A DNA stretch of 63,421 nucleotides, filler included, from Octopus bimaculoides (taxonomy: Eukaryota), in the NCBI RefSeq assembly GCF_001194135.2. It is 4 parts of 3 records of this genome, joined end to end, with 100 filler letters (N's around TTAATTAATTAA, not from the genome) between each part and the next. Parts side by side here need not be neighbours in the genome. Positions count along the whole stretch, not along the records: positions 1 to 16,576 come from NC_068989.1; 3 more parts are not named here. One strand, 5' to 3'. Positions within the stretch are counted from its first letter, which is position 1; each line of letters opens with the position of its first letter. Positions 1 to 14,355 of the stretch are shown here, piece by piece. The notes below the pieces were generated by a model. That model saw only the letters and a program-made list of their open reading frames with translations. It had not been told where the DNA came from and did not search any database. The position numbers were made by a program, and so were the translations under genes.

Positions 1-382
1 GCATGATATCTTCATTCATATTACTTTTTATATTGTTCTTATTCCTTCTCTCTTCCTCACAAGCTTAGTGTCTGATGTCTTACAATACTGAACAGTTTTA
101 TTCGATCAGTGTCTGTTTGACTAGCAAGTAAGGTGACATCTTGACTACAGGTAATGTGCTTTTAGGAAATAAATTCGATTTCGAATATTTATTCCCTTTA
201 ATCCAACAAGCGTTTAATCATATTATCATCTTTCGCTCTTAGCAAAGTTTTACAAGCTCGGTAGGAGCTCACCTGTACATATATCTAATTTAATCTGCAA
301 GGACATGTTTTCGGGGTGCATTTTCCTCGTAACTATGTGTATAGACACACTAAGACAGACAGGCACACACAGACAAACACAG

Positions 383-384
<2 letters not shown>

Positions 385-478
<94 letters not shown>
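385..478. repeat. (CA)n microsatellite
   Basis: Pure CA dinucleotide run; explains the poly-HT/CV ORFs at 250-517. Confidence 0.97.
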
Positions 479-480
<2 letters not shown>

Positions 481-685
481 CTTACAAATGCGCACAAACA
501 TACATATCGATAAATAGGTAGATAAAATACAGATATTTAAAGTTATACGTACACATATAAACTATCATACGTGTGCGTGCGTGTATGTGTGTGTGAGTAT
601 TGATACAAACATATATTTGCTACCAAAGCACACGCAAACTCACATGTATGTATATCAATTATACAATTATACATATATAAGTGTA

Positions 686-686
<1 letters not shown>

Positions 687-778
<92 letters not shown>

Positions 779-807
779 AATAGTAATAATAATAATAATA
801 ATAATAA
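687..807. repeat. (TAA)n microsatellite
   Basis: Near-perfect TAA run; explains the poly-N/Y ORFs. Confidence 0.97.
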
Positions 808-1621
808 ACGTTTTGTAAATATTGTTTCGAAATAATATATATTAGGAAATACATTTTAGATGTGATCACTTGAAAGTCCAAAGTTTACTCTCTCCCCTTG
901 GCCCGATAAATTTTCCTTTTTTGTTTTATTCTGGAAATCTATTTTCGTTTGTTTTGAAGTCACCATTCGGTTTTTGTCTCTATTGAATAATATTGCAATA
1001 TTATACGGTTCCAGCTGTGTCCATTTTAAAATCAGATTCCACTGACCATGATGTGTGTATTATCCTACGATGATTTATAATACTTAGCTTTACTTTTATG
1101 AGTGGAACTGATCAGATTATAAAACAATTTTTCACGGACAAATATGAAATAGTCATCTACTAATATCTATAAAGTCATAACTTGTTATTTGTTTAAATTG
1201 TATATAACGTTTATGGATCTCAAAACCTACACTCAGTAATGGGAGAAAACTCAACGTGAAACCTGGAATGGAACGCTGAACGTCGTATAATTCTAGTCTG
1301 TTGTGCCAAGAGAGAAACATAGCCATCAAATAATGTTATGCACATAACTAGAGAAACAAATCCGTGGGAGAGGCCTGATCGTTCACGGGTGTAGTACCGT
1401 GTTTTAGTAGCAATTATCTAGAGCTGACGTGTGTTTAAGAATAACAGACCCAATGAGGTTTAGACAGTAGCATTTATCATAAACTTATATTACATTTGAT
1501 AGTTTAAACACCGTGCTAAACTACAGTAACAATCGTCCCATCTAGGACAGCCACATCATGTTGGCAATCAGTTTTTAAGGAACTGTTACCGAATGTTCTC
1601 TTTGAGAGATTTTGAAATATT

Positions 1622-1673
<52 letters not shown>

Positions 1674-2061
1674 CACATAAATTAGGAGAGCAGACATTTG
1701 CATTGTTAGCTTTTTTTTTTTAAATACAGTTAATCATATCTTTCCATGTCAGTACCTAACCGTGTTTCCGCTGCAAGCCAGTGCACACTGCAAATTAAGT
1801 ATCTTGATGTGCATTTTGGTGTTAATTACTGGTGCCTCTTCATCAGGGTAAAATTTAATTACAGTTCAGATACCATCTGAACTTTTCAAACTGGCTGGTT
1901 AGAAAACAAGCCACTTGCTGTCGGAAATTAGGTCAATAACTCACTAATGTATTTAGGTTCAAGCTCTTATTCTATCCTACCATTCTATCACTGGAAAAAT
2001 AGTATTCTTATTTTATTCACTGTATCAAGTTACTTTTAGTTTGTTGTTATTTATTTATTTA

Positions 2062-2263
<202 letters not shown>

Positions 2264-2960
2264 TCTCTTTACCACAGGTTTTGTTGCAGCTCCGGGAGTA
2301 TTGCATACGTACAGAGCTTACTACCTGCACCCTATAGTACCAGGCTCTTCGCTCTTTTAAGCTATCTAATACTTTCCTGACTATCCTGGATGTGCCAAGG
2401 AGGTAAACATTGTGTTCTAGTTTTCCGGGCACTCTCTTCCATTTTCCTTTATATTTCACTTGATGCCCTTTGATTCTGTTCCCAAGGACCCAACAATAAT
2501 TGGCACTGTCTTCACTCCTTCATTTTCCATAGACGTTCTTAAGGGGGTTGTATCTATCTATCCTATCGCCTTCCTTTTTGACTATTCGTGGGATAAAGGG
2601 GAATGCCACATTAGCTATATAGCAAGTGTGCTGCACCGTGGCCACCATTACAAGGTTCAGTTGTTATGCCTGTTTGGATTGGGAAATTCCAGAGGATTAT
2701 TCTAGTCTTCGACTCTGCAACTCTTTGTGTTTTGTCCTCATACCACATCTTGTCTCTCTAGCCCCCACTTTTCGCACAGTTTCCAGTGGAGCACTTTCGC
2801 TATTTGGTGGTGTCGCCACAACTTGTAAGTGTTTTTCAATAAGTCTAGGGCATTCGTTGATGATATGTCAAGTACCATAAAAAGAATGTTCAGGATAACC
2901 GCTCTCTTAGGCTTACATGTCTTGCTAGATTCGATATCGGTCGGCTTCGTAAATCCATTC
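2264..2960 (-). mobile_element. R4/Dong-like non-LTR retrotransposon 3' fragment (restriction-like endonuclease), degenerate
   Basis: Minus-strand translation across frameshifts gives RHHQIAKVLHWKLCEKWGL, IILWNFPIQT, VAFP...KKEGDRIDRY, VKTVPIIVGSLG and LLGTSRIVRKVL, which match the C-terminal RLE of R4/Dong-type LINEs. Confidence 0.8.
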
Positions 2961-5371
2961 TGGGTAGTATTATAGCTCTTTTAATTCCAAAATTATCTCT
3001 TAAATTATGGTGTAATACTGTAAAACACTGGATTACTTCAACTGACAATTTAAATAAGTTCTCATTACAGATTCTGTCAACTGAAATAAGAGCAGAATCA
3101 TTTTAAATGTTTTTCCCCGTGGATTTTAACTATGTTAAATCATTTCGAATGTCTTTTGTTTTGAAGTTCATGAATTCATCTGACAATTACGGTTCCTTTA
3201 TAACGATGTAATGTCTCTTAATCAATTAAAGGAGACGTTAGAAACGGCCGTAATGGATTGACATTTTTATTTATTTACCAGTTTCGGAATCTACACTTCT
3301 TAAATATGGTGGACCGTATATTTAATATAATGTACATGAATACCGCAAGAGCGGATTTCTTCATTCAGCTGGGTCTAATTGTGTACATACATTGCAGGAA
3401 TATCATCCGGCCGGTACTTATGTACCAAGGTAGATATTTACATAATATGTTTGTTATGTGTGTCTATTATTCCGACCTAATGAGGTGCCTCAATTTAAGT
3501 AAGTTATGCAACTGAATCTTATGTATATATGTATGTATGTAATCTTTAAAAAAAACGTTATTATTTGTACAATATTTAACCACGAAACAACATTTGAAAT
3601 CAGCCTCTGATAAAATTCATTTTATTTGCTTATTGAAATTTGTAGCTTTCTTTCTGATTAAACATCCAATATTTGTAGGCGTTCGGTTAATTCTATTGTA
3701 GTCCTGATAAAAATGATTGATAAGTAGCCATTAGCAGTGTCAATTCACGTAGAAAAAATATTGGACGTGTGTTAAAAAAATCTTCATAATATAGCCAGCG
3801 ATTCTTACGTTTAAAAATGTGTTTCATATATTTGTATTTTATTTAATGTAATATCAATTCTTAGGCTGAACATTTATGGGAAATTCGACGTCTTTGAGGC
3901 ATTAATTTGTCACTAACTACATAATTATATTTTCAATATTACATTACTAGGTAGAAGCTACTGGCATGAAAGAAACACAATAATTTTGAGATGTTAACAT
4001 TATATAGATATATTTTTTTCACTGTAACGAAATAGTTTTTGTTCTCTTTCCCCGAATTATATTTCGCACTGTAATGAACACGCATGGAAGCAAAAACTAC
4101 CATGAGACTTTTGCAATTTGAATTTCTTAAGTGAATATTTTATCTTCTTGTTATTGTTAATTTTCATCGTCATAAGTTTTAATATTAGATAGAGAATGGT
4201 TTGGAAGATAGGTAGAACATGAGCCTTAATTACTAGCAGTTATTCTTCCAGCTCCACATATTCTCAGTACAAATCCCGCCGAAGTCATTACGGAGTCGAT
4301 AAAATAAAACACCGCTCAAGTTTTGAAATTCACGTTGTCAAATAATCCTCTCCTCTCAAAACTCTTGGTTTTGTGCCTAAATAAGAAACCCATAATGAAT
4401 TAATTGACCAATTGATAGAACACCAAATTGCAATATATTTTCAGGCTTTTTAAATTCGTAGGACAATTCCTGCCAAGGTAAAATTTGTTTTCTTTTAAGC
4501 TACCCGAGTTGATAAAATAGGGGATATAATCGAGTAACCCTTTTCCCCAATTCCTTATTTCAAGTCTAAATTAGAAGCAAAATAGGCTGGATGATCATAG
4601 AGTTGGGAAAACATGTTGCCATATTTCTTCCCGCAATCTGTTTCTGAGATGAAATTTTACCGAGTTCGACTTTAACTCTTATCCTTTCGGGGTGGATAAA
4701 ATATAATGCCCCGTAAACAGAGGGAGCGCGTTTAATTGGCTGACAACTCCGTACAAGTTTGCTGGGGCCTAAATTAGAGATCATGATTTATCAACTGTCC
4801 CTTACATTATCAGTTCATGTTACGGATTTCAAAACCTTATAAATTCTATAAAATAGAATACATTTCGGTTAATGGTTGAAATTTGATTGATTGTATCCTA
4901 GCGAAAGCATGTATTAATTACGGAAATCATTATTAAGACTATAATGAGCTACAGTAGTTTTAATCGGATTAATACTTTTATACAGGCATCAATTCCTTTA
5001 TAACATTTATAATAAACTGCTCATCGTTTGTCAATATCCACATGATTAGTTTAACTTCTTAAGATATCATACCGTATATTTTCGTTCAGAAATGTCTAAT
5101 AAATATATATTTGAACGAAAATATGCTGATTACAAAAGCTGTACTCTATCAAACTCTAAATCAAGGGCAAAATGGGTCAATTGTCAGACAAAGCTGCAAG
5201 CAAGCACACTATCCATCCTTCCAAGAGAATAAGATGCTCTGATGCTGAAGCCTCCCGTTTTGAACCAAACCCAGCATCCCTGGGTACTGATAGCGACTCT
5301 GAAGAAGAAGAGATTGAAGGGTACAATTATGGTGAAGATGACAGTGTTCATCAAAATGATAGTGATAACGC

Positions 5372-5768
5372 TTGCACAACAAATCTGCGTTTAGTTCGAG
5401 ACTTGTAAGTGGAACAAACGTCTCTACAAACAAAGCTGCGAAAATCTGCAATCAGTTGTCGGAGGAAGGTATTGATATCTCATCTCCTAGTCAGCAAGTC
5501 ACTTACAAGGCACTCTTCAAGAAAGCTGAGGAAAGGAAGAAACACACGATCGATACACTACGCAATCGGAAATGGAGCCTGCATTTCGATGGTAGACATA
5601 TTGACGGTAATGAGTATTATGCTGTTGACATCAAGAATGAAACAAGTGAAAACAAGCAGAATGTTCTGGTGCTGTGTGATGGCAAAGCTGAGACCATTGC
5701 AGAAGGATTGAAAAATGTCTTGAACGAATTTCGCTTGGGCGCAATCTCAATGACTTTTGCTGATACGA
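5372..5768 (+). mobile_element. DDE DNA-transposase fragment (hAT-related, hATm-like pattern), truncated by (GT)n
   Basis: ORF has WSLHFDG...LCDGKAETIAEGLKNVLNEFRL...MTFADTT, with two acidic catalytic-type motifs; coding character ends at the GT repeat. The family assignment is from recall and needs a search. Confidence 0.6.
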
Positions 5769-5798
5769 CGTGTGTGTGTGTGTGTGCGTGCATGCGAG

Positions 5799-6142
5799 TA
5801 TGTGCGTATATAGACGTGTTTTACTCTTATTGCTTATTTTTGCACATGTTTTACACATTTTTCTGTATTTTGCCTTTAGCCCTGTTTTTTCTTATGCATG
5901 TGCGTATATAGACGTGTGTATGAACCTTTATTTTTTTGCGTGCGCCTGTGTGTGTGCGTATATAGACGTGTGCGGTTATATGCGTATATTAGACGTGTGT
6001 GTGCATCCGAGTATGTACGTAAATAGACGAGTTTTACACTTATTGCTTATTTTTTTACACTTTTTTTCACACATTTACTGCATTTTGCCTTTAGCCCTGT
6101 TTTTTCGTGGGCGTGTGCGTATATAGATATGTTTATGAACCT
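5799..6142. repeat. ~212-bp-period tandem duplication with GTGCGTATATAGACGTG subrepeats
   Basis: 5799-5930 aligns with 6011-6142 (shared TTATTGCTTATTTT and TTTTGCCTTTAGCCCTGTTTTTTC). Confidence 0.85.
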
Positions 6143-7425
6143 TTTTTGTGCGCACCGAAAAATATACTGAATGACTACCCTTGGTACAGTTTTTGTACAC
6201 AATGTAACATTTACTCCCCTGTCACTCAAACAGTCAGTGATTTCCTGGATCATTGATTAGCACATTTATTGCCTATACTCAAAGAGGCTTTTCTTTAGGA
6301 AGTAATATATGGTATATACAGACGAATGAACCTGACACTGCAGCAGTATTACAGGATTTATAACTCGATCACTAATATTGTCTAACCTTTCTACACTTTG
6401 AGAATGAAAGATACAAGCGCTTTTATGTAGGATATTACTGACTTAAATGAAGTGGAATTAAATGCTGCTCACATAATCGACATAAAACTTCGGTTTCTAG
6501 CCCACTTATTCATTCACTTTAAGTTATTAGCGATGTTTTCTTATACCACTTGCTCTTAAACTTTCGTAATGAACTAAGATCAGAATGATGGTGTAGTTTT
6601 TCTATGGTATCTGACAGTAGGGATGGATACTAAGAGTTTGAAAGAATGATAAATGAGAGTATACGTATTCATGACATGTTGAAATTCATTAGCAATGTGA
6701 AATGTTTCGGGAATATCAAGTGAATGGCTGAAATGAAACCTGAATCTTTACTCTACAGTATTCTTCATATTATTTGCTCATTATCTAGAATGATACATTG
6801 TCTGTAAAATGAATCGTGGTGGGCATGATAAATATTATAACAAAAACATGCTAAACGATAATTATCTTAATACACCCTTTCCGTGATATTTTTCCTTTTA
6901 TATCACCTATCTCACCACGTATAATTGACAACACATTGTTTAATATCTAATTATGTGAACTAAAAAGGACCCAGGTAATATTAACTAATAATTTTGCGTT
7001 TCATCTAATCAAAATTTATGACTGATCAAAAATTTTAATTATAGAATGAAGTCAAAAACATAAGTAAGACATTTAGCTAAAAAAACATTCCCGAATGATA
7101 GATTTTAAATAGCATTATCTCAACAAGAAAATCCAGAATATAATTGGCATATTTAACCCAAAGAAGCAAATTGAGCATTTAACCTTTAAAGAGATTTTAC
7201 TTTGGATGAAAATCTAAGATATAATGGGAGTTGGGGTCTTTAGAGAAATGAAACAAGTTCACGCGCTACTCTTTCAGTAAAGTGAAGTATGGAAAGAAGT
7301 CAAATATAAATTTAGGAATTTCCACACATCCTGTTATAAGGCAGTGAATACATACTTTTAAAAGAAAATAATTAAAATGGATAGTTGATTAATTTTTATT
7401 TATCTAAGACTCATAATATGGCATA

Positions 7426-7807
7426 GGAGTCCACCTAAATCACAGATTAAAATGGTTTTAATTAAACAGTTTGAAACTTCGAATACTGATAGAATTTCTC
7501 ACGTAGAACACGGTTTACTCAGAACGTTTTTGACAAAATTTCCTATTTTAGAAGTTATTTCATCTTAAAGTTGTCGTATTTGGATAATATCAACCAATAA
7601 ACGACGTGTATTCGGTTGAAGGTCGCTGATCGGTTGAAACTACCCAAATACAACTTTAACACGAAATAACTTTTAAACTAGGAAATGTTGTCAAATGCGA
7701 TCAGAGGAAACCGTGTTCTACGTGAGAAATTCTATCAGTATTCAAAGTTTCAAACTGTTTAGTTAAAAAAGTAATTAAAAAATCTGTAATTGATATGGAA
7801 TAGATCC
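7426..7807. mobile_element. Foldback/palindromic non-autonomous DNA element
   Basis: AAACAGTTTGAAACTTCGAATACTGATAGAATTTCTCACGTAGAACACGGTTT is mirrored at about 7708-7762; arms pair almost to the centre; the right end is GATCC and the left GGAGTC; no clear TSD. Confidence 0.75.
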
Positions 7808-8602
7808 TAGGATTTTCATACTTTAGAAAATATTCTACCAAATTGTACCATAAAAAAAAAACAGACTCTCATTGTAGAAGAAGCTTACGAAAGACGTTCC
7901 ATACGGTTGTTAAATGTGATGGGACTTGAAGCCAAATGCTTTTTTTCAAATCACATCCTATCGCCTGAAATAAAGGAGACATTGGACAGTGTATATCATT
8001 TTGGAGAATATGATGAGGTGATGATGAAACACTTTTAATCATATGTGTGCTCAGTGCTAACTTACTTGATCTTAAAAGTGAACAACACTAACAAACAACG
8101 GAGAGATGCAATTCAGAGCTTTAGTAAACATTCAGTAATTAGCACATAAGTTATTTACTAGAAGTTTTGTTTTTCTTCTAAATAATCGTAATTAAGGAAA
8201 GAATTCTTACATCATTTTGTAAAATTGTTTGCTTGCCATGTTAATAAATCTATTTTTCTTTCTGAATAAGGAAATACATTTTTATTCCACAGAAGTCTAA
8301 TTAATAGACGAGAAAATATTCCAAAATGAAAACCTCAACTAAATGTTTAAACAGGCCTGTTTTTGTAGAACGACAATAAAACACACTTTAAAATGGTAAA
8401 ATATTTATCCCTTAATTATACAGTATTCATGGTGATACCCGCAATAATCCGCATCTACTCATATCATCCATATACCAAAAGATTTGCAACTGGCAATACG
8501 TATGTCACGATTTCATCAACAAACGAATTGGATATCACGAAGGCGATACTATATCGACTGGACTAAGGCACAAAACATACAGCGTATTAAATATTGAGCG
8601 CA

Positions 8603-8777
8603 CCAAACATAGATCACATCAAACATAGTTCACAACAAACATAGCGCACACCAAGCATAGAACACACCAAAGATAGAGCACATCAAACATAGAGCACACC
8701 AAAATAGATCACATCAAACATAGAGCATACCAAACGTAGAACAAACCAAACATAGAGCACAACAAGCAGAGAACACA
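8603..8777. repeat. 16-bp minisatellite, 11 units (consensus CCAAACATAGAGCACA)
   Basis: Units counted directly; one unit is 15 bp. Confidence 0.92.
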
Positions 8778-10772
8778 CTAATCGCTGTACATCTATGTTT
8801 ATTTGCTACCCATTTCTACGATATATAGAATTATCCAGTAGTCTCACTGTTGATGCTTCTACAATGAAACTAATGTTGATCGTATATTGCATTATGGTAA
8901 ACCATCTCTCAATTTCTTGTTTGAAAATAGTGTTTCAATCAATGAACATAAATTGAATTTTGTAACACTATATTCAGATCTAACTAGTTTTCTTATTTAT
9001 TTACGTGTGCATAATTCATATAAAATAATAAAAGAAAATAGTTTGATTTAAGCTTATTGGCGAGAAGTGTCAATATCTACTAACATATATGAAATAAATC
9101 GACAGATGTGAAGAGAAAATATACCATGGTATTCTACTTCTCGCACGATAATCAGGTTTTTGTATGATTTGATTGAAATAGCATATATAACTCTGTTTAT
9201 TTACGAGTAATAGATTAGAAAATTACAGCTTTTCAATGCTTGCATGATCTATTTTACTAGTCTTTAGCGCGTTCATCTCCATTACGTCAACAAGATTCAG
9301 TTGAAAATCTAATCGATAATTTTATTTTCGATGTAAATCACGTTCGTTTGATATATGTTCTCACAAATCCCACAAACTACAAATCATGATTTTAGTGATT
9401 TTTATACTGATGGATCCCTATTCAAAGAATGGAATTGTTTACTCATATACGTCTTTTTTGATTTTCGTTGGATATCATATATATAAAAAATATCACTAAA
9501 AGAAATAGCTTTCTGTGAAGTAATTTATCCTTGGATAGGTTCTGCTTACCAAACTCGGTCGATATATTTTCCAATCTGCTGTGTCTCATAGTAACACCGA
9601 TCATTTTGATTCTTTTGTTCTGAATCAGTGATTCTTCAACACTCTGTAGTTTTGAGTAATTGTTAGGTTTTTTTCTCATCTTGATTTTAGCCGTTTTTCG
9701 TTTCTTTCTTAACTGTCAATTCAAAAATAAATAGATATAAAGATAGATAAATAAACATATAAATAAATAAATAAACGATGAGATTTTATACCCATTTGTG
9801 TCGAGAACCTATTGTTCAATTTTATTTTTTTTCTTTGTAAATCAGTATTTTTTGCCATCAAATTAAATATTTCCCTGATAGCTTATTCTCTCCATCAATA
9901 TATGCTTAAAAAGTTCGATTTGCAAATAAATAGTTCATGGTTCGACCTCTGTGCGTTGCAAAATGCATTGTAAAGTAAATTACATACGTAGAAACTGTAC
10001 GGAAACCAACTCGTTACATACATTTATACATTGTCTTAAAGATTAATTTAAGTTTTATGTTTATATACGTAATATGTGAGTGTGCATTTTCATACGTGCG
10101 GGTCTGTACACGGATATGTACGTGGGTGTATGTATACGCAAGTTTATATGATAGCTGATTTATATATCGCTAATAAGGAAAAAATACGTCATGCTTTAGT
10201 GACTACTCGGTTGAATATTTCGGTATCGCACTTTGGAGTTCTTAGATATACATAATGGGCTATTTTCGAAATTTTTATCTTATCCAACTTGTCTCGACAC
10301 TGCATACCATTTTTTTTTCTTGTGTGTGTCTTCTGTAAATTAATTACACGAAAGATCTCCATATCGCGGAAGGCAATTCACCGCGCATATATTATTGATT
10401 GGCACAGTGAATTTGTCCCTAACCATTTATTTATTTTGTTAAGGGGAATTTTCTTTTTCTTTTCTCGAAGATACAATATAAACACTACATATGCGATTAG
10501 TACATCACACATTTATTGATTTTTACACTAATGGATTTTTACAATATACTGAGAGTGCAATGGCTTGATAATACGCTCTTTTCAAGACACAATTTTTTCT
10601 ATGTAAATGAATACTAAAATTTACCTCTTGCTAACTCAGGAGATATTGTCTCTCTCCTCCTTCTGTCTGTCTGTCTGTCTCTTTCTCTCTCTGTGTCTCT
10701 CACACACACCTAGTATTTGTATACATATTTATACAAGTAGTAAGTGTATACACACACACACACACACATACA

Positions 10773-10878
<106 letters not shown>

Positions 10879-11474
10879 TTGTTTATACCATGATATGTTT
10901 CTATTCTGTGTCTTAACGAGCCGATAAACGTAACTAATAGACAATCATTTTGATTTTCACAATAAAGCATTATAGCGTCGTACCAACAGTAAATGCTCAT
11001 TCCTTTTTCTAAATTCACTTTAATATGCTAACCTCATTTTCACATTTATATACTTAGTAGTACAAGTGTACATTTAATTTCACAATGTGAATCGGTGTTA
11101 GTTGTCAATCTTATGAAATTCTCATGGGGTGAATATTACATAGGCCGCTATTTAAAACACATTTGAAAACATTTAAATCATTGCACATCTTTAAAGGTCG
11201 GACCTAGCGGGGAACTTATAAAAATGACTAAACCTATTCACGTGACCATCCTTAGCCAATAAACTCGTATGAAAAACAGTCACTAATTTGAGCCATTGTT
11301 TTTTTTGTTATAAAAGCAATAGAATATAAGAGAATAGTTTAACACAAGACAGAAGTGAGACAGTAGCAGTATAGCTGCACGTCTTCCTATCTCAACTTTT
11401 GAAAATCAGAGAAACCGGTTGAGTTTTTAAAAAAAAAATCTAAAATAACCCAGTGCATTTTCGACTTCTTTCAC

Positions 11475-11525
<51 letters not shown>

Positions 11526-11933
11526 CGTATGTGTGTGAATGTACCCGTGTGCATGTGTGTGTATGTGTGTGTCTATATATGTGTGTGTGTGTATGTGTGT
11601 GTCTATATGTGTGTATACGTGTCTCTGTGTGACAAGAAATGATATAGAAAGTACCCGGAAATATACTAAGCATGAGAAAAAAAAATAAGTTCGTTTCAAA
11701 ATTACTTTATGCAGCGAGAAACAATAAATTTTAATTAGATAAAATGTTATTCTTGTTAGAACAAGTAATTAGTAGGTTAATTATCAGCCCTGGTCATGTA
11801 TGCCAATAAAATAAAACCCGAAATTTTAATTAGTTAAAATTAATTGAAATTAGAATGTGCGCATTGCAGCAGCAGTCACTGTGTCCGATCATGGCAAAAT
11901 TGTGATAAATCCTAGCATGTTTAAGCCTAATTA

Positions 11934-12168
11934 TTAGGGCGGTGCATAATTATTGCGGCTCTTTTTCAATAAATTTTATTCAAAAAAATCAATAACAATA
12001 TTTAACAAAAACATCTTTAAAATGACTAATTCCGACCGGCTGTCAAGCAAATGGAAAGCAGTAATTGAAGTAGATGTTGAATATCCTCCGGAATAACCAT
12101 TTAAATGTTTTTTTTTTGTTGAATAACATTTATTGAAAAAAAGCCGCAATAATTATGCACCAACCTAA
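11934..12168 (+). mobile_element. mariner-derived MITE
   Basis: TIRs TTAGGGCGGTGCATAATTATTGCGGCT / AGCCGCAATAATTATGCACCAACCTAA, TA on both sides; the interior encodes DRLSSKWKAVIEVDVEY*, like a mariner transposase C-terminus. Confidence 0.85.
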
Positions 12169-12579
12169 TACAAATCGTCATTTAGTGACCATATCATAAG
12201 TAGTGCCAGACGAAAAAGAATTTTCTTTTGTGAATGGAAAGGAGTAGTTTCATAATAAATATGCTTCGCAAAAGTACTTTACAAAATCAATTGACCGAGG
12301 AAGGTTATTCAGTTCTCAGCAACCACAGTTATGTTCTGGACGCCTCTGCCAAAAACCAAAAAAGAACCCCCCACCACAAAAAAGGAACTTAAAGGTGTAA
12401 TGACACAGTTTCAATGCATTAGCTGTTCTTTAAAGCATAATTGCCTCATATAGTCTATAAAAACTTACATTTTTGTCCAAGGACATTTTGAAAAGCGTTA
12501 CTATATTAACAGTTTCGTTTCAGATGTCCTTGTTGAGGTACAGATCATTCTACCAAATGCCACATGTCAGAGGATGTCC

Positions 12580-13645
12580 TAGTTCATTGATGCTGTGATT
12601 TAATGGGGTTTACTGATTAACAGAGTTTGACATCTAGAAATGTATAATTACACCGACTCGCACCAACTGGTCGCTGTAAGGATTCACAAAGTGTAAATAC
12701 AGGAATTCATATCCCCCACCGAATTCATAACTATGCAGTTGCTCTTGACGTTCAATCTGATACCATAAACAGACTCCCTCCAAACACACACCCTTTGCAA
12801 AAGTTAGCAAAGCTAACGGTGGTGCCCCAGTACGGCCGTGCATCTCGAGCTGAAACTCGTAAAATTAAAGAACTAAGTTTTGGAACGTAGTTTTAAATAG
12901 AGTATCCAAATCTTGTTTTAGGGTAAATTCCTGGTAGTGTACTTGCAGAGCATATTCACCGCTTATAGCCTCCAGGCGTCATCCTTGTCATTGTGCGTAC
13001 GTTGTCGGTAATTACGAGATGCACGATGTTATATTTTAAATTATTAATACTGAAGACGGAGTGTAATTAGAAATATTTATTTGCAAAACAATCGTTTCGG
13101 CTATATTCTACACTGCTCCCTATTGCACGTGAGACAATTTAATGACATCGGATGCAACACACAGTGCAGAAGAGCCTCATCATGTGACATAATATTGTAC
13201 AAATGTTACAAGATTTACATTTTATCATGTGGTGGTGCGATCCTAGTATTTCAACCACATGTGGCTAAATGAGGAAGATGTAGTTAAGAAGAACATAACA
13301 AAACAGAAAAAGAATAAAAATCTAATATAAACAAGTATGGGGAGATGTTTTTAGTTGTGGTCAAGAAGTCGTTGCTAAAATTAAATTAGAAATATAAAAT
13401 GGAATCTAATGTAAATGGAGGGTGTGTGTTTGGAAGTAGTCTGTTTACGGCATCGGATTGAACGACTTATGACAGTCAAGAGCAACTGCATACTTCGGAA
13501 TTCCATGTGGGATATGAATTCCTATCTTTACACTTTGCGTATCCTTACAGCGACCAGTGGGTTCGAGTCGGTGTAATTATACATTTCCAGATGTCAAATC
13601 CCTGTTAATAACTAAATCCCATTAAATCAGAGCATCAATGAACTA
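12580..13645. repeat. ~220-bp inverted repeat pair (12580-12794 / 13419-13645)
   Basis: Arms align in reverse complement over their length (e.g. TACACCGACTCG, TGGTCGCTGTAAGGAT, ATGCAGTTGCTCTTGAC, CCAAACACACACCCT). Confidence 0.85.
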
Positions 13646-14323
13646 AGAATTTGAAAGGAAAAGCATTGTGTAGAATTAATAGAAATTTTCTCTGTCAGAT
13701 TCTCATAAATATATCGGCTAAAGACCACAAGAACATTAAATCAGAAAAAAAATATAAACATAATTTCCAAGCTTCACTTCAAATTTCAAATATATTGTCT
13801 TTACAGAAATAGAGTGTGATTTCATAAAACCATAATTGCTTTTACATTCTTATACGTCTTTATTGGAATTTCAACGTGTTTAAGCACGATAAACGATAGA
13901 CACAATCAAAATTGTGAGGAAAATGAAGAATATGCTTCAGGTTAGTTGTTTGAGTGTCTTTGTAAGTACTACATTTAAATTGCGAATGCATTATTTTCTG
14001 TAATGATAATATATAATATAATAAAACCATAGATGCATTTAATGTTGTGCCTGAATTTAAGTGCATGCATTTTTGACTTCTGAAAGTCGAATTCATTTCA
14101 TTTTAGTCCAAGCCCCTACGTAGTATTGTTTAGCTTAATGCTTTCCATTTATGCTTTTATCAATTTTAAAACACCAAGTTCAAGTTTGCAACAGCAAATA
14201 ACACGGGGAATTTACCTTCCTCCCTTCTTAAAATTCTAATGTTCATTCTCTTTCGATTTCAAGATCGAATTTCCCTACATCGTCGTTATCATCACCGTCA
14301 TTTTGATTATTGGCATCAATATG

Positions 14324-14355
<32 letters not shown>

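Noticed and set aside
250-881. Low-complexity ORFs (poly-HT, CV, Y, N, S, I) here and throughout the window
   Set aside because: Translations of microsatellites; no coding evidence.
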